Shown here in pieces: positions 30,290-43,455 of a stretch of 64,000 nucleotides of DNA (position 1 is the first letter of the stretch; every line of letters begins with the position of its first letter). The stretch covers positions 27,112 through 91,111 of the forward strand of contig CAYSSQ010000001.1 of NCBI GenBank assembly GCA_964433825.1, given 5' to 3'. Both the position numbers and the translations under genes were made by a program. The DNA comes from an uncultured Prochlorococcus sp. GTDB taxonomy: Bacteria; Cyanobacteriota; Cyanobacteriia; PCC-6307; Cyanobiaceae. The notes under the pieces were generated by a model. It ran no database searches. It was not told where the DNA came from and saw only the letters and a program-made list of their open reading frames with translations.

Positions 30290-31036
30290 ATGAAAATCTT
30301 TGTCGAGCAAGGAAGAATAAATGAAATAATTAATTTCTTAGATTCCTTAAATATTAATTCAGAAAGATTTATAAAAATTAAATATGAAAAACAGCAAAAA
30401 ATATTTATGATTTTTGAAGAGGCTTTAACACACTCATCAGTAAACAAGAATATTAATCATGAAAAATTAGAATTTTTTGGCGATGCTGTACTTAGACTTT
30501 CTGCTTCAGAATTTATTGACAAAAATTTTGAGAGCTTGAGCGTTGGCAAACGTTCAGAACTCCGCGCACAATTAGTAAGTGATGAGTGGCTTACTAAGCT
30601 TGGGAAAAAAATAAATTTAGAAAAGATTATAAAAGTTGGACCAAAAGCTATCGGGGACTCTTTTTCAAAGGATACTATAATAGCCGAAATCACTGAATCA
30701 TTAATAGGTGCCTTATATAAATGTTTTAATTCAATTGAAGAGATTAACTTATGGTTAGATAAATATTGGGAAGAAGATGCAAAAATAATCCTAAAAAATC
30801 CCCATAAATTCAATGCAAAATCATCACTTCAAGAGTGGTGCCAAGAAAAAGGTCTTAACCTTCCTGTATATAAAATCATAGAATTATCGAAGGAACATGG
30901 AGACTCAAAAAGATTTCTTTGCAAGCTATATATAAGTGATGAATTAAAAGCCATCTCATATGGAAAATCTCATAAAAATGCAGAAAAGGCTGCGGCTATA
31001 ATAGCTTTTGATAAGATTCACAATAATGCTTCTTAA
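30290..31036 (+). CDS. rnc: Ribonuclease III
   Basis: ALTHSS, EKLEFFGDAVL, ESLIGA and dsRBD AKSSLQEWCQ. Start moved to ATG 30290 to avoid overlapping rnpB. Confidence 0.92.
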   Translation: MKIFVEQGRINEIINFLDSLNINSERFIKIKYEKQQKIFMIFEEALTHSSVNKNINHEKLEFFGDAVLRLSASEFIDKNFESLSVGKRSELRAQLVSDEWLTKLGKKINLEKIIKVGPKAIGDSFSKDTIIAEITESLIGALYKCFNSIEEINLWLDKYWEEDAKIILKNPHKFNAKSSLQEWCQEKGLNLPVYKIIELSKEHGDSKRFLCKLYISDELKAISYGKSHKNAEKAAAIIAFDKIHNNAS

Positions 31037-31218
31037 ACTAACTCTAGCTGGTTCAATGGGAATGTAATCAATTTATCCCAGTTACCTCCTTCAAAAAGTA
31101 CTGCAGCTTTATTCCTTGTAACCCTTTGCACAAATCCTTTATATCCTCTATAGATAGAGTTATGATCTTTCACAAGAACTACTGCACCTGGGAGAATAGG
31201 TTTCGAGGAGAGCTCCAT
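31033..31218 (-). CDS. ndhS: NDH-1 subunit NdhS
   Basis: ILPGAVV..SIYRGYKGFVQRV..KAAVLFEGGNWDKLITF. Confidence 0.9.
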   Translation of the reverse strand: MELSSKPILPGAVVLVKDHNSIYRGYKGFVQRVTRNKAAVLFEGGNWDKLITFPLNQLELV

Positions 31219-31245
31219 AATTCAAATATTTAATTTATTTATAAT

Positions 31246-31785
31246 ATGATAAAAAATACAAATTGGTTAATTGTTGGAGAAATCACATCCCCTCATGGGA
31301 TACACGGGAAATTAAGAGTAAAGTCTTTAAGTGATTTTGAGGAAAGATTTACAAAACCCGGTTCAAGGTGGTTACAGCAAGGGAAGGAAGAACCAACTCA
31401 ATTTGAATTGACTTATGGATATAAAAAACCTGGCAAAGATATTTATATAGTCACTTTTAAGGGGATTAGTTTTAGAGATCAAGCTGAAAAATTAACCAAA
31501 CATAAAATACTTGTAAAAAAGACAGATCTACCTACTCTTAAGGATGGAGAATTTCATATTAATCAACTACTGAAACTCAAAGTAAAATTAATTTGCAACA
31601 ATGAGATGAAAATAATTGGAGAGGTTTGTGATCTCATTAACGATAGTAACAACTTACTTGTAATAAATATATATGAAACAAATAAAAATATTCTTGTACC
31701 TTTTGTTAGAGAAATTGTTCCAATAATATGCAAAGAAGAAAACTACATAATTATTAATCCACCTAAGGGATTATTAGATCTTTAA
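31246..31785 (+). CDS. rimM: Ribosome maturation factor RimM
   Basis: VGEITSPHGIHGKLRV, EFH and ILVPFV...INPPKGLL. Confidence 0.92.
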   Translation: MIKNTNWLIVGEITSPHGIHGKLRVKSLSDFEERFTKPGSRWLQQGKEEPTQFELTYGYKKPGKDIYIVTFKGISFRDQAEKLTKHKILVKKTDLPTLKDGEFHINQLLKLKVKLICNNEMKIIGEVCDLINDSNNLLVINIYETNKNILVPFVREIVPIICKEENYIIINPPKGLLDL

Positions 31786-31811
31786 AAAAACAATCGAATA
31801 ATTTACAACAT

Positions 31812-33707
31812 TTATTCAACTGTAACGCTTTTTGCTAAATTCCTTGGCTGATCAACATCTAAACCACGGTGAGCAGCAATATGATAACTCAGTAGCTGCA
31901 GTGGTATTACAGCTATTAAAGGCGATAACCATTCGTTAGATACAGGCAAAGGCATTAAATAATCAAAAATTTCAGTGCCTTCACATTCTGGGGCGATTCC
32001 TATTAATAGAGAATCTCTTGCCTTTGCTTCTTGGGCATTACTTATGACTTTTTCGAAAACCTGTCCAGGTGTTGCGATTGAAATTACAGGAACTTTTTTT
32101 TCTAATAGAGCAATTGGTCCATGCTTCATCTCACCTGCAGGATAACCTGCGGCATGTATATAACTTATCTCTTTTAATTTAAGTGCCCCCTCCAGTGCAA
32201 TTGGATAATTTATACCTCTACCTAAAAAAATAACGTCTTTAATATCTGAAAAATCATGTGCTAATTTTTCAGAAATTAAATTATGACTAACTACTAATTC
32301 TTCTAAAATTGGAGGTAATTTAGAAAGATCAGAAATGAGTTGATTTATATCTTGATTCGATTTACTCTTTTTAATTTGTGCGAAAGTTATAGCTAACCCA
32401 TAGAAAGATAGCAATTGTCCAAAGAAAGTTTTTGTAGCAGCAACACCTATTTCAATTCCAGCAGAGATATCAATAATATTAGAAATTTGTCTGGTTATAG
32501 AACTTTCTACTCTATTAGTTATTGCAACCAAATTAGGATGAAAAGCTTTATCAAAATGTATTTCTCTTCTTTTTATTTCCATACTCAAAGCAGCTAAGGT
32601 ATCAGCTGTTTCGCCTGATTGTGTTACACCTATTGTAAGAGTATTTGGGAGAAGAGGAGGAGGAGAATATCTAAATTCGCTTGCATAAAATACATTTGTT
32701 GGTATTCCTGAGAATTGTTCTAATAAGTAACTTCCAACCATTGAAGCATGTCTACTAGTACCACATGCAAGGATCTGTATTCTTTCAATTTTCTCAAAGA
32801 ATTTTGTATCAAAGTTATAGTTTATTTTAATTTGTTCATCATTATTATCCTTAAAAAGATAATTTTTAATCCAGTTTTTTACTATTTCAGGTTGATCATA
32901 TATTTCTTTATGCATGTAGTGTCTAAAATTTTTCTTATCAACAACTTCTTCAGAGTTCTTCAGAGAAGTTGGATTGCGGTATTGTCTCTCATTGTTAGAG
33001 TTATAGAGTTCAATCCCAAGAGGTGTAAGTAGACCTATCTCCTCATCTTCCATCGGCAAGATTGTTTTTGTGAAGTTTGCGATGGCTGGCGTATCGCTAG
33101 CACAAACAAATTCTCCCTCACCTAAACCAATAATCAAGGGCGCTTGTCTTCTTGCGACCACAAGTGAATCTGGAGCTCCTGACCATAAAACAGCTAAAGC
33201 ATAAGCACCTTCAAGATCTGAAAGTACATTTCTAACCGCAATAAGTAATGTTGAGCCATTATTCTCAAGATTTAGTTTGCTGAGGTTATTTAGTTCTCTC
33301 TGAATTAAATTAGGTATAACCTCAGTATCAGTATCAGACTGAAAAATTGTCCCTTCATTTTCTAATTTTGTTTTTAAATCTTGAAAATTTTCGATAATAC
33401 CATTTTGAACAACAGCAACGGTACCTGTAGTATCCAAGTGAGGATGAGCATTTTTAACAATAGGTTTACCATGAGTTGCCCATCGAGTATGGCCAATACC
33501 AACAGTACCAATAATTTTCTTATTACTCACCTTAGATATTAAATTTTTCAACTTGCCAGCAGATTTATTACAAACTAAATCACTATTTTTTGTATTTATG
33601 ATCGCGATTCCAGAGGAATCATATCCTCTATATTCGAGTTTTTCTAGTCCTTTAATGAGAAGGGGAAGTGCTTGCCTATATCCAGTAACAGCAACTATAC
33701 CGCACAT
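31812..33707 (-). CDS. glmS: Glutamine--fructose-6-phosphate aminotransferase
   Basis: MCGIV, LEYRGYDS, GHTRWATHG, QSGETADT and PRNLAKSVTVE. Confidence 0.98.
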   Translation of the reverse strand: MCGIVAVTGYRQALPLLIKGLEKLEYRGYDSSGIAIINTKNSDLVCNKSAGKLKNLISKVSNKKIIGTVGIGHTRWATHGKPIVKNAHPHLDTTGTVAVVQNGIIENFQDLKTKLENEGTIFQSDTDTEVIPNLIQRELNNLSKLNLENNGSTLLIAVRNVLSDLEGAYALAVLWSGAPDSLVVARRQAPLIIGLGEGEFVCASDTPAIANFTKTILPMEDEEIGLLTPLGIELYNSNNERQYRNPTSLKNSEEVVDKKNFRHYMHKEIYDQPEIVKNWIKNYLFKDNNDEQIKINYNFDTKFFEKIERIQILACGTSRHASMVGSYLLEQFSGIPTNVFYASEFRYSPPPLLPNTLTIGVTQSGETADTLAALSMEIKRREIHFDKAFHPNLVAITNRVESSITRQISNIIDISAGIEIGVAATKTFFGQLLSFYGLAITFAQIKKSKSNQDINQLISDLSKLPPILEELVVSHNLISEKLAHDFSDIKDVIFLGRGINYPIALEGALKLKEISYIHAAGYPAGEMKHGPIALLEKKVPVISIATPGQVFEKVISNAQEAKARDSLLIGIAPECEGTEIFDYLMPLPVSNEWLSPLIAVIPLQLLSYHIAAHRGLDVDQPRNLAKSVTVE

Positions 33708-33789
33708 ATATCTTTTATTATTAACTTAATTCAAATAAAGAAATATACCAATATAACGTGGACTCTATTAAAACTGGACAATAAACTAT

Positions 33790-34044
<255 letters not shown>

Positions 34045-34123
34045 TTAGTCTTTGATAACCTTCAGTAATCCTATTGTCTAAGAATGTATTTCATGACCAG
34101 ACAGGCTAATAGTGTCGTAAAAC

Positions 34124-34141
34124 TTAACCGCGTGTTACAAA
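34124..34141 (+). promoter_or_regulatory. Possible HLR1-like repeat in the psaC/acpP divergent spacer
   Basis: TTAACCGC-GT-GTTACAAA: the second half-site is perfect, the first is degenerate. Confidence 0.3.
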
Positions 34142-34270
34142 AAAATTTGCTCTAGTAGCCTTTTTTTAATAAAATTACTAACAATCATTCAAATATTTTA
34201 AGATATTCTGCACTATTGTTAACTCTGGGGCATACAATCTTAAAGAATAATTTAGTTCATTCCCTAAACT

Positions 34271-34513
34271 ATGTCTCAAGAAGAAATTTTTCAAAAAGTT
34301 CAATCAATTGTTTCTGAACAGTTAAGTGTTGACTCTGCAGAGGTCAAATCCGACTCTAATTTTCAAAATGATCTAGGTGCTGATTCTCTTGATACAGTAG
34401 AACTCGTTATGGCACTTGAAGAGGCCTTCGACATTGAAATCCCAGATGAAGCAGCTGAAGGTATTGCTACAGTTGGAGATGCTGTTAAATTCATCGAAGA
34501 TAAAAAAGGTTAA
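34271..34513 (+). CDS. acpP: Acyl carrier protein
   Basis: [18 protein letters not shown]. Confidence 0.98.
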   Translation: MSQEEIFQKVQSIVSEQLSVDSAEVKSDSNFQNDLGADSLDTVELVMALEEAFDIEIPDEAAEGIATVGDAVKFIEDKKG

Positions 34514-34519
34514 TTGAGG

Positions 34520-35767
34520 ATGGCAAATTTCCATCGAGTAGTTGTTACCGGTATTGGTGCCGTAACTCCCATAGGTAATAACATTGATGAATATTTAATG
34601 GGTCTTCAAAAGGGTTCTAATGGAGTATCAAACATTACATTGTTTGACCCAGAACAACATCCTTGCAAATTTGCAGCAGAAGTTAAGAATTTCCAATCAG
34701 AAAATTTCATTGAACCTAAGGAATCAAAAAGATGGGACAGATTTTCTCAATTTGGAGTAGTAGCTGCTAAACAAGCGTTTAAAGATTCTGGACTTCAAAT
34801 AAGCGAAGAAAATGCACCAAGAATTGGAGTAATAATTGGTTCCGGTGTAGGTGGTCTTTTAACAATGGAAACACAAGCACAAACATTGAATGTTAAGGGA
34901 GCTAAAAGAGTTAGTCCATTTACAGTCCCAATGATGATTCCTAACATGGCAACTGGATTAGCTGCCATAGCGATAGGAGCCAAAGGACCTAGTTCATCTG
35001 TTTCTACAGCATGTGCAGCTGGTTCTAATGCTATAGGTGATTCATTTAGGCTACTGCAACTCGGCAAAGCCGATGTGATGATTTGTGGAGGAGCTGAAGC
35101 CAGTATTACTCCACTTGGAGTAGCAGGATTTGCAAGTGCAAAAGCTCTTTCTTTCCGGAATGATAGCCCTGAGACAGCCAGTAGACCCTTTGACTTAGAG
35201 AGAGATGGGTTCGTTATTGGTGAAGGTTCAGGAATTCTAATTCTAGAAACTCTTGAGCATGCAAAGAAAAGAAATGCAAAAATCTATGCTGAAATAATTG
35301 GTTATGGGACGACTTGCGATGCACACCACATTACAGCTCCATCTCCAGGAGGAGTTGGAGGGGCAAAAGCTATAAAACTTGCTATTGAGGATGCATGTTT
35401 AGACTTAGAAACAATCGATTACATTAATGCACACGGCACAAGTACATCGGCAAATGATAGTAACGAAACTTCTGCAATTAAATCAATTTTTAAAGACAGA
35501 TCATACCTTATTCCTGTAAGCTCTACTAAGTCGATGACAGGTCATCTCTTAGGAGGATCTGGAGGTATAGAAGCTGTAGCTTGTGTACTTTCAATAACTC
35601 ATAACTTTATTCCTCCTACTATCAACTACGTAAATAAAGATCCTGACTGCGATCTTGATTATGTTCCAAACAATGCTAGAGATGCCCAACTGAAAGTCGC
35701 TCTTTCAAATTCTTTCGGCTTTGGAGGTCATAATGTTTGCTTAGCGTTTAGCAAATTTATTAAATGA
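34520..35767 (+). CDS. fabF: 3-oxoacyl-ACP synthase II
   Basis: RVVVTGIG, STACAAG, NAHGTST, KSMTGHLLG and NSFGFGGHN; ATG at 34520. Confidence 0.97.
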   Translation: MANFHRVVVTGIGAVTPIGNNIDEYLMGLQKGSNGVSNITLFDPEQHPCKFAAEVKNFQSENFIEPKESKRWDRFSQFGVVAAKQAFKDSGLQISEENAPRIGVIIGSGVGGLLTMETQAQTLNVKGAKRVSPFTVPMMIPNMATGLAAIAIGAKGPSSSVSTACAAGSNAIGDSFRLLQLGKADVMICGGAEASITPLGVAGFASAKALSFRNDSPETASRPFDLERDGFVIGEGSGILILETLEHAKKRNAKIYAEIIGYGTTCDAHHITAPSPGGVGGAKAIKLAIEDACLDLETIDYINAHGTSTSANDSNETSAIKSIFKDRSYLIPVSSTKSMTGHLLGGSGGIEAVACVLSITHNFIPPTINYVNKDPDCDLDYVPNNARDAQLKVALSNSFGFGGHNVCLAFSKFIK

Positions 35768-35807
35768 TTTCCATTTCTAATTAACTCAATTTATCTTTTT
35801 TAAAACA

Positions 35808-37814
35808 ATGGTCGCTGCAACCGTTTCATTAGAATCACTCTGTGTAAATAGTATAAGGATGTTAGCTGTAGATGCAGTAAATAAATCGAACAGTGGGCAT
35901 CCAGGATTACCAATGGGATGTGCTCCTATGGGTTATGCTTTGTGGCAAAATGTAATGAATCATAATCCTAATAATCCAAAGTGGTTCAATAGAGATCGCT
36001 TTGTATTATCAGCCGGACATGGTTGCATGCTTCAATACTCTTTATTACACCTCACGGGATATAAATCAGTTTCAATTGAAGATATTAAAGAGTTTCGTCA
36101 ATGGGGATCAAAAACTCCTGGGCATCCTGAAACTTTTGAGACAGATGGAGTAGAAGTGACTACCGGTCCTCTTGGCGCAGGGATTTCAAATGCAGTAGGT
36201 TTAGCGATAGCAGAAGCTCATCTTGCAGCTAAGTACAATAAGCCAAATTTTGAGATAGTTGATCACTATACTTACGTAATAATGGGTGACGGATGTAACC
36301 AAGAAGGTATTGCCTCTGAGGCTTGCTCATTGGCAGGACATTTAAAACTCGGAAAATTAATAGCTCTCTACGACGATAATCAAATCACAATTGACGGGAG
36401 AACTGATGTCTCTTTCACAGAAGATGTGCTGAAAAGATATGAAGCCTATGGCTGGCATGTACAACATATAAAAGATGGCAATCATGATATTGAGGGTATT
36501 ACTAAAGCTATACAGACTGCCAAATCTATTAAAGATAAACCATCAATAATCAAAATCTCTACGACAATTGGCTATGGTTCTCCTAATAAATCTGATACTG
36601 CAGGTATTCATGGAGCAGCAATAGGTGAAGAAGAAGCTCAACTAACAAGGAAGTTTCTAAATTGGGAATATCCACCATTTGAAATACCTAATGAAGTATA
36701 TGAACACTTCAGAAAAGCAATATCCAAGGGAGAAGCTACTGAAAATATTTGGAATAATAAATTTAATGAATATAAAAATGCATTTCCAGAGGAGGGAGCA
36801 GAATTTGAAAGAATTACAAAAGGAGAATTACCTGAGAATTGGGATAAAGATCTTCCAGTATATACTCCTGAAGATAAAGGTTTAGCCACAAGAAAACATT
36901 CACAAATCTGCTTAGGAGCTCTTGGACCAAATATTCCTGAATTGATAGGTGGATCAGCTGACTTAACTCACTCAAATTACACCGATATTAAAGGTGAGAG
37001 TGGATCTTTCCAAGCAACTTCACCAGAAAAAAGATATTTACATTTTGGCGTAAGAGAACATGCAATGGCAGCAATTCTTAATGGAATTGCTTATCACAAC
37101 AGTGGTTTAATTCCATATGGCGGAACTTTCTTAGTATTTGCAGATTATATGAGGGGGTCAATGAGATTATCTGCATTAAGTGGATTAGGTGTGATTTATG
37201 TACTCACTCATGATTCAATTGGTGTAGGAGAAGATGGACCCACACACCAACCAGTGGAAACCATACCTTCTCTAAGAGCAATGCCAAATATGCTTGTAAT
37301 AAGACCTGGTGATGGTAACGAGACAAGCGGTGCATATAAAGTTGCAATCCAAAATAGAAAAAGACCTTCAGCGCTATGTTTAAGCCGCCAAGGAATGCCA
37401 AATCAAGAAAACACCTCGAGCGAAAAAGTTGCTCTAGGAGGATATATTGTCTCTGATTGCGAAGGAACTCCAGATCTAATCTTTATTGGTACAGGAAGTG
37501 AACTTAATCTGTGTATCGAAGCCAGCAAAGAGATTTCAAAGCTAGGTAAAAAAGTTCGTGTAATATCTATGCCTTGTGTTGAATTATTCGAAGAGCAAGA
37601 TGAATCCTACAGAGAAAGTGTCCTACCAAGTAATGTTAGGAAAAGAGTTGTAGTAGAGGCTGCTCATTCCTTTGGATGGCATAAGTATGTAGGACTTGAT
37701 GGTATAGCAATTACTATGGATAGATTTGGAGCATCTGCTCCAGGTGGGAAATGTTTAGAAAATTTTGGCTTCACTATAGAAAATGTTGTAAGTAAAACCA
37801 AAAACATTCTTTAG
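35808..37814 (+). CDS. tkt: Transketolase
   Basis: [33 protein letters not shown] and GEDGPTHQP. Confidence 0.98.
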   Translation: MVAATVSLESLCVNSIRMLAVDAVNKSNSGHPGLPMGCAPMGYALWQNVMNHNPNNPKWFNRDRFVLSAGHGCMLQYSLLHLTGYKSVSIEDIKEFRQWGSKTPGHPETFETDGVEVTTGPLGAGISNAVGLAIAEAHLAAKYNKPNFEIVDHYTYVIMGDGCNQEGIASEACSLAGHLKLGKLIALYDDNQITIDGRTDVSFTEDVLKRYEAYGWHVQHIKDGNHDIEGITKAIQTAKSIKDKPSIIKISTTIGYGSPNKSDTAGIHGAAIGEEEAQLTRKFLNWEYPPFEIPNEVYEHFRKAISKGEATENIWNNKFNEYKNAFPEEGAEFERITKGELPENWDKDLPVYTPEDKGLATRKHSQICLGALGPNIPELIGGSADLTHSNYTDIKGESGSFQATSPEKRYLHFGVREHAMAAILNGIAYHNSGLIPYGGTFLVFADYMRGSMRLSALSGLGVIYVLTHDSIGVGEDGPTHQPVETIPSLRAMPNMLVIRPGDGNETSGAYKVAIQNRKRPSALCLSRQGMPNQENTSSEKVALGGYIVSDCEGTPDLIFIGTGSELNLCIEASKEISKLGKKVRVISMPCVELFEEQDESYRESVLPSNVRKRVVVEAAHSFGWHKYVGLDGIAITMDRFGASAPGGKCLENFGFTIENVVSKTKNIL

Positions 37815-37822
37815 ATAAAACC

Positions 37823-39232
<1,410 letters not shown>

Positions 39233-39237
39233 TCAAT

Positions 39238-39330
39238 AATCCACTTTCCTTCGTCAGGCTTAACTGAATCAGGTTCAAAGGGTATGATCTCAGCTAAGCT
39301 ATTTCACTTAGCACCCCTAGTATTAATTAA
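39238..39330 (-). promoter_or_regulatory. TPP riboswitch in the thiC leader
   Basis: Reverse complement ACTAGGGGTGC...GCTGAGATCATACCCTTTGAACCTGATTCAGTTAAGCCTGACGAAGGAAAGT matches the THI-box consensus. Confidence 0.93.
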
Positions 39331-39392
39331 GTAATAGCTATTTTTAAAAATTTAGGCATCTAAAAATTAACTTAAAATAAAAAAAAAAGATT

Positions 39393-39623
39393 TTATTTAT
39401 TATTTTTTAAATATTGTATTTTTTTTAAAATATTTTTCCTACCTAATCTACGATTAAATTCCTTATTCAGAATTAAATATATACCCACAGTGCCCAGAGG
39501 CAAATAAAAGTTCTTTTTTTGCTCTGTTTTATATATATAACTAATAATTGTTATTAAAATCATTATTGGCGCTATTAACGAATAGAAAAAAATATTCTTA
39601 GTTTTCATATTTCTTCTCATCAC
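39393..39623 (-). CDS. Small membrane protein (DUF3188-like)
   Basis: Two hydrophobic segments and a basic tail; overlaps the amidohydrolase stop. Start uncertain (alternative ATG at 39608). Confidence 0.65.
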   Translation of the reverse strand: MMRRNMKTKNIFFYSLIAPIMILITIISYIYKTEQKKNFYLPLGTVGIYLILNKEFNRRLGRKNILKKIQYLKNNK

Positions 39624-40780
39624 TTATTTAGCTCAATTATTGTTTTTGTCATCAATTGAATTGCTATTTTTAGAGCTCCTTCTTCTGGATTAAATTCAGA
39701 GCTATGTAAAGGTGCACATCCATCTGCCCTAGCAACTCCTAATCTAAACATAGCTCCAGGGACATAGTTAAGAAATTCTGCAAAATCTTCTGCTCCTAAA
39801 GATGGTTTTTGCAACTCAATCACATTTTCACGACCAAATAAGTTAATAGCGCATTCTCTTATTATCTGATTTATTTCAAGATCATTATTTACAGGAGGTG
39901 TAATTTTTCTGAATTTAACAATGACCTTTGCTCCACAACTTTCTGCAATCGCTGTAATATTATAAGTCAACCAATCGCCAAGAGTATCAAACAATTGTAA
40001 GTTTGTACATCTAACTGTTCCCAACATATTTACTTTCTCTGCAAGAATGTTATAAGCTTTTCCTCCATTGATTTTACCAAAAGTAATTACAACTGGATCT
40101 AATGGATCTAATTTTCTTGTTATTAATTCTTGAATACCAGTAATAATTTTTGATGAGACCCAAATAGCATCAACACCCTCATGAGGCCTAGCTCCATGTC
40201 CAGATTGGCCTATAATTTCTACAGACAATTCTCCAGCTGCAGCAGTTAGACTGCCTTCCTTAATTCCTATCTTGCCTACTAACAAATCAGGGAAAACATG
40301 AACACCTAAAATTTTTAAAAGATTTTGTGTTACTCCATCATTAATCATCCATTTAGCACCACTGGCAATTTCTTCAGCAGGTTGAAAAATTATTCGTACA
40401 CCATATTTAAGTTGATAATCTTTTAATAATTTAGCTACCCCCAAGCCAATACAAATGTGAATATCATGACCACAAGCATGCATAATGCCATCCACTTTGG
40501 ATGCATAACCTAAATTTGTATTCTCATCGATTGGTAATGCATCCATATCCACTCTTAACCCAATAAAACCATTATTAATAGGACCATACTCTGCTACTAC
40601 TCCTGTCTTACCAACAGATTCTTTGACTCTCCAACCAATTTCTTTTAAATAACCAGCTATTAGAACTGAGGTTTGATATTCCAAACCACTCAACTCAGGA
40701 TGAGCATGAATATGTCTTCTTAGATTAATAATTTCAGAAACTAACGATTCAAATTTCTTATCAAAGATATCATCAGACAT
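39620..40780 (-). CDS. M20 family amidohydrolase
   Basis: RRHIHAHPELS, RVDMDALP, MHACGHD, FQPAEE, GHGARPH and EDF. Confidence 0.92.
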   Translation of the reverse strand: MSDDIFDKKFESLVSEIINLRRHIHAHPELSGLEYQTSVLIAGYLKEIGWRVKESVGKTGVVAEYGPINNGFIGLRVDMDALPIDENTNLGYASKVDGIMHACGHDIHICIGLGVAKLLKDYQLKYGVRIIFQPAEEIASGAKWMINDGVTQNLLKILGVHVFPDLLVGKIGIKEGSLTAAAGELSVEIIGQSGHGARPHEGVDAIWVSSKIITGIQELITRKLDPLDPVVITFGKINGGKAYNILAEKVNMLGTVRCTNLQLFDTLGDWLTYNITAIAESCGAKVIVKFRKITPPVNNDLEINQIIRECAINLFGRENVIELQKPSLGAEDFAEFLNYVPGAMFRLGVARADGCAPLHSSEFNPEEGALKIAIQLMTKTIIELNK

Positions 40781-40783
40781 AAG

Positions 40784-41560
40784 TTAATTGAGTGAAATAA
40801 ATTTCATGAGATCGTCGGTTGGTTTTTTCGGCCATCTTCTAACCTCCAGCAACCAATCTTCCTGTGCATATCTAGGATCTAATTCTAAGGCCGCTATCCA
40901 ATTACTCTCAGCTTCTCCATATTTGCCTTTAGACCATTGTAAGGCGGTAAGAGCAGCTCTAGCATCGGCAAAAGTTGGATATTTTCTTATTAAATTTCTT
41001 AATTCTTTCTCTGATTTATCAAAATTCTCTAATTGATAATCTACCAATGCGATACTCGATCTCGCCATTACCGATCCAGGATTAGAAAGTGAAGCTTTAT
41101 TAAATAAAGCCCTTGCATTTTTCCAATTATCTAGAGACCCTTCAACATTTCCAAGATTATATAATGCCGAAAAGTTCTTTTCATCTTTTGATATTACATA
41201 TAAATAATCATCTTTCGCATCATTCCAAAGCCCAAGAGCCTCTTTAGCAATTCCTCTATTGATAAAGGGATCTATTTCATTAGGATCTAAGTCAATTGAA
41301 TTATCCTGATCTTCAATTGCACCCTTTGGATCGCCATTAACTAACTTTATATTACCCCTATTACTCAAAGCTGCTGCGTCATTAGGAAAAAGTTCTAAAT
41401 ATTTATTCCATTTATCCAAAGCTAAAACAAAATCACCTCCAGAACTAAGCAATAAAGCTTCTTCAAATAATTCTTGCCTAGAATCTAATGAATAGACACT
41501 AGGAACTTTCCATAAAAAAATAATAGTAATAAATATACTTAAAAATCGTTTCATTTTCAT
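40784..41560 (-). CDS. TPR-repeat protein with N-terminal signal/TM segment
   Basis: Repeated ALSNRG / FINRG / ALYNLG units. Confidence 0.85.
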   Translation of the reverse strand: MKMKRFLSIFITIIFLWKVPSVYSLDSRQELFEEALLLSSGGDFVLALDKWNKYLELFPNDAAALSNRGNIKLVNGDPKGAIEDQDNSIDLDPNEIDPFINRGIAKEALGLWNDAKDDYLYVISKDEKNFSALYNLGNVEGSLDNWKNARALFNKASLSNPGSVMARSSIALVDYQLENFDKSEKELRNLIRKYPTFADARAALTALQWSKGKYGEAESNWIAALELDPRYAQEDWLLEVRRWPKKPTDDLMKFISLN

Positions 41561-42612
41561 TTCCCAATCATCAAATTCATAAGATAATGATTTCCTTGAG
41601 ATGTCAGAATTCTCCCTCTTGGTGTTCTCGAAATAAAACCCAATTGTATTAAATAGGGCTCAATAATAAACTCTAACATTGATGAATCTTCTCCCAAACC
41701 AGCTGCAATTGAATCTAATCCTACTGGACCATTATTATCTTTTAAGAAATTCAAGAACTTGCGATCAGTTTCATCTAAACCTTTATTATCAATTTGCTGA
41801 TTCATTAAAAGCTGTTCTACTATTTCTTTAGAAACTGAATTATTATTATTCATCACTTGAACATAATCTCTTACTCTCTTTAAAAGCCTCAAAGCAATTC
41901 TTGGAGTACCTCTAGCACTTTGCGCTAACTTTAGACTTGCTTCTAGGCTTAAATCAATATCAATGAATTTTGCATAATTATGAAGAATTTTTTGCAACTC
42001 AACAACAGAATACAAATTAATCTTCTGACATATACCAAATCTATCTCTCAATGGACTACTAATTGAAGCTAATTTTGTTGTGGCACCTATTAACGTAAAT
42101 TTAGGTAAATTAATTGATCTGCAACGAGTACCTTTATTAGCTCCAATTGTTAAATCCAACCTAAAATCCTCCATAGCAGAATATAAGATCTCTTCAGTTA
42201 ATCTATTTAATCGATGTATCTCATCAATAAATAAGATTTCCCCTTCTTTTAAACCAAGTAATAAACCAACTATATCTCTTGGTCTCTCGATTGAAGACGC
42301 ATTAGTAATTTTATACTTAGTTGCCATTTCATTCGCCACTAGTAAAGCTAATGTCGTTTTACCTAAACCTGGTTGGCCATAAAAAAGTAAATGATCTATA
42401 CATTCATTACGATATTTAGCAGCATCAATTGCAATTCTCAATGAAGTCTTTAATCCTTCATGTCCAATAAATTCATTTAAAGATTTGGGGCGAGTGGAAT
42501 TAAAAGTCTGCAGACTTTTTCCATCATCAATTTTCCCAGCCCTAACAATTCTAAGTTCCTTATTTGAGCGAGGATCTTCAGATTCATTTAGACTTGAAGA
42601 TATTATTGCCAT
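41557..42612 (-). CDS. ruvB: Holliday junction DNA helicase RuvB
   Basis: [39 protein letters not shown] and RTPRGR. Confidence 0.97.
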   Translation of the reverse strand: MAIISSSLNESEDPRSNKELRIVRAGKIDDGKSLQTFNSTRPKSLNEFIGHEGLKTSLRIAIDAAKYRNECIDHLLFYGQPGLGKTTLALLVANEMATKYKITNASSIERPRDIVGLLLGLKEGEILFIDEIHRLNRLTEEILYSAMEDFRLDLTIGANKGTRCRSINLPKFTLIGATTKLASISSPLRDRFGICQKINLYSVVELQKILHNYAKFIDIDLSLEASLKLAQSARGTPRIALRLLKRVRDYVQVMNNNNSVSKEIVEQLLMNQQIDNKGLDETDRKFLNFLKDNNGPVGLDSIAAGLGEDSSMLEFIIEPYLIQLGFISRTPRGRILTSQGNHYLMNLMIGK

Positions 42613-42664
42613 AATGCAAGATTAATCGCATTTTTGCATAGAAGAAAGATTTCTTAAAAGTAAA

Positions 42665-43138
42665 ATGGTCAAACCTTCTAAAAAAAATTCAATAATTAAA
42701 TCTTTAGCACAGAATAAATATGCAAGATTTCAATATGAAATACATGAGACTATTGAAGCCGGCATTGAACTTTTAGGAACAGAGGTTAAGTCTATAAGAA
42801 ATGGGAAGGCAAATTTAAGGGATGGATACTGCACCTTTAGAAAAGGTGAAATTTTACTAAAGAATGTTCACATTTCCCCACATATGAATGTTGGTGCCTA
42901 CTTTAATCATGATCCCATAAGAGAAAGAAAATTATTATTACATAAAAATGAGATTATAAAACTTAAAAATAAAGTTGAAAAAAAGGGATTAACAATAATT
43001 CCAATATCTATATATCTAAAAGGATCTTGGATTAAGCTCAAAATTGGGGTTGGCAAAGGTAAAAAGCTTCATGACAAAAGGCAGTCAGATAAACAAAAAA
43101 CAATTAAAAAAGAAATAAGAACAGCCCTTGCAAGATAA
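42665..43138 (+). CDS. smpB: SsrA-binding protein SmpB
   Basis: [22 protein letters not shown] and GKKLHDKR. Confidence 0.97.
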   Translation: MVKPSKKNSIIKSLAQNKYARFQYEIHETIEAGIELLGTEVKSIRNGKANLRDGYCTFRKGEILLKNVHISPHMNVGAYFNHDPIRERKLLLHKNEIIKLKNKVEKKGLTIIPISIYLKGSWIKLKIGVGKGKKLHDKRQSDKQKTIKKEIRTALAR

Positions 43139-43149
43139 TAAAAACTAAC

Positions 43150-43401
43150 TTACTCAGGATCTAAACTTACTGAATCAGGAGGTGGAGAAGGATCAGGATC
43201 AGCAATTAACATATGTTGCAATACTATTTCAGGTCTTTCGCTATCTCGCCAGCGAATTCTATAAGCAGGCATTTTTGTACCCCTACTGGTAGTTTGTTCT
43301 ACTGGTTCCATAACCCAGCCTCTTCTAGATCGGCCTTGAGGATTTCTTTTCACAACCGCATCTGTGTGCTTGAAGCGGAAACCAACACGTTCACCACTCA
43401 T
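43150..43401 (-). CDS. Conserved hypothetical small protein
   Basis: 83-aa ORF with basic, beta-rich core and Pro/Asp tail; downstream of lysS. Confidence 0.8.
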   Translation of the reverse strand: MSGERVGFRFKHTDAVVKRNPQGRSRRGWVMEPVEQTTSRGTKMPAYRIRWRDSERPEIVLQHMLIADPDPSPPPDSVSLDPE

Positions 43402-43455
43402 TTAAAAAATATCGTATTGGATCATTATTTATTTTACTTCATTCAAGGTTAATTT

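Noticed and set aside
33708-33789. glmS ribozyme
   Set aside because: The 82-nt AT-rich psaC-glmS spacer has no ribozyme core.
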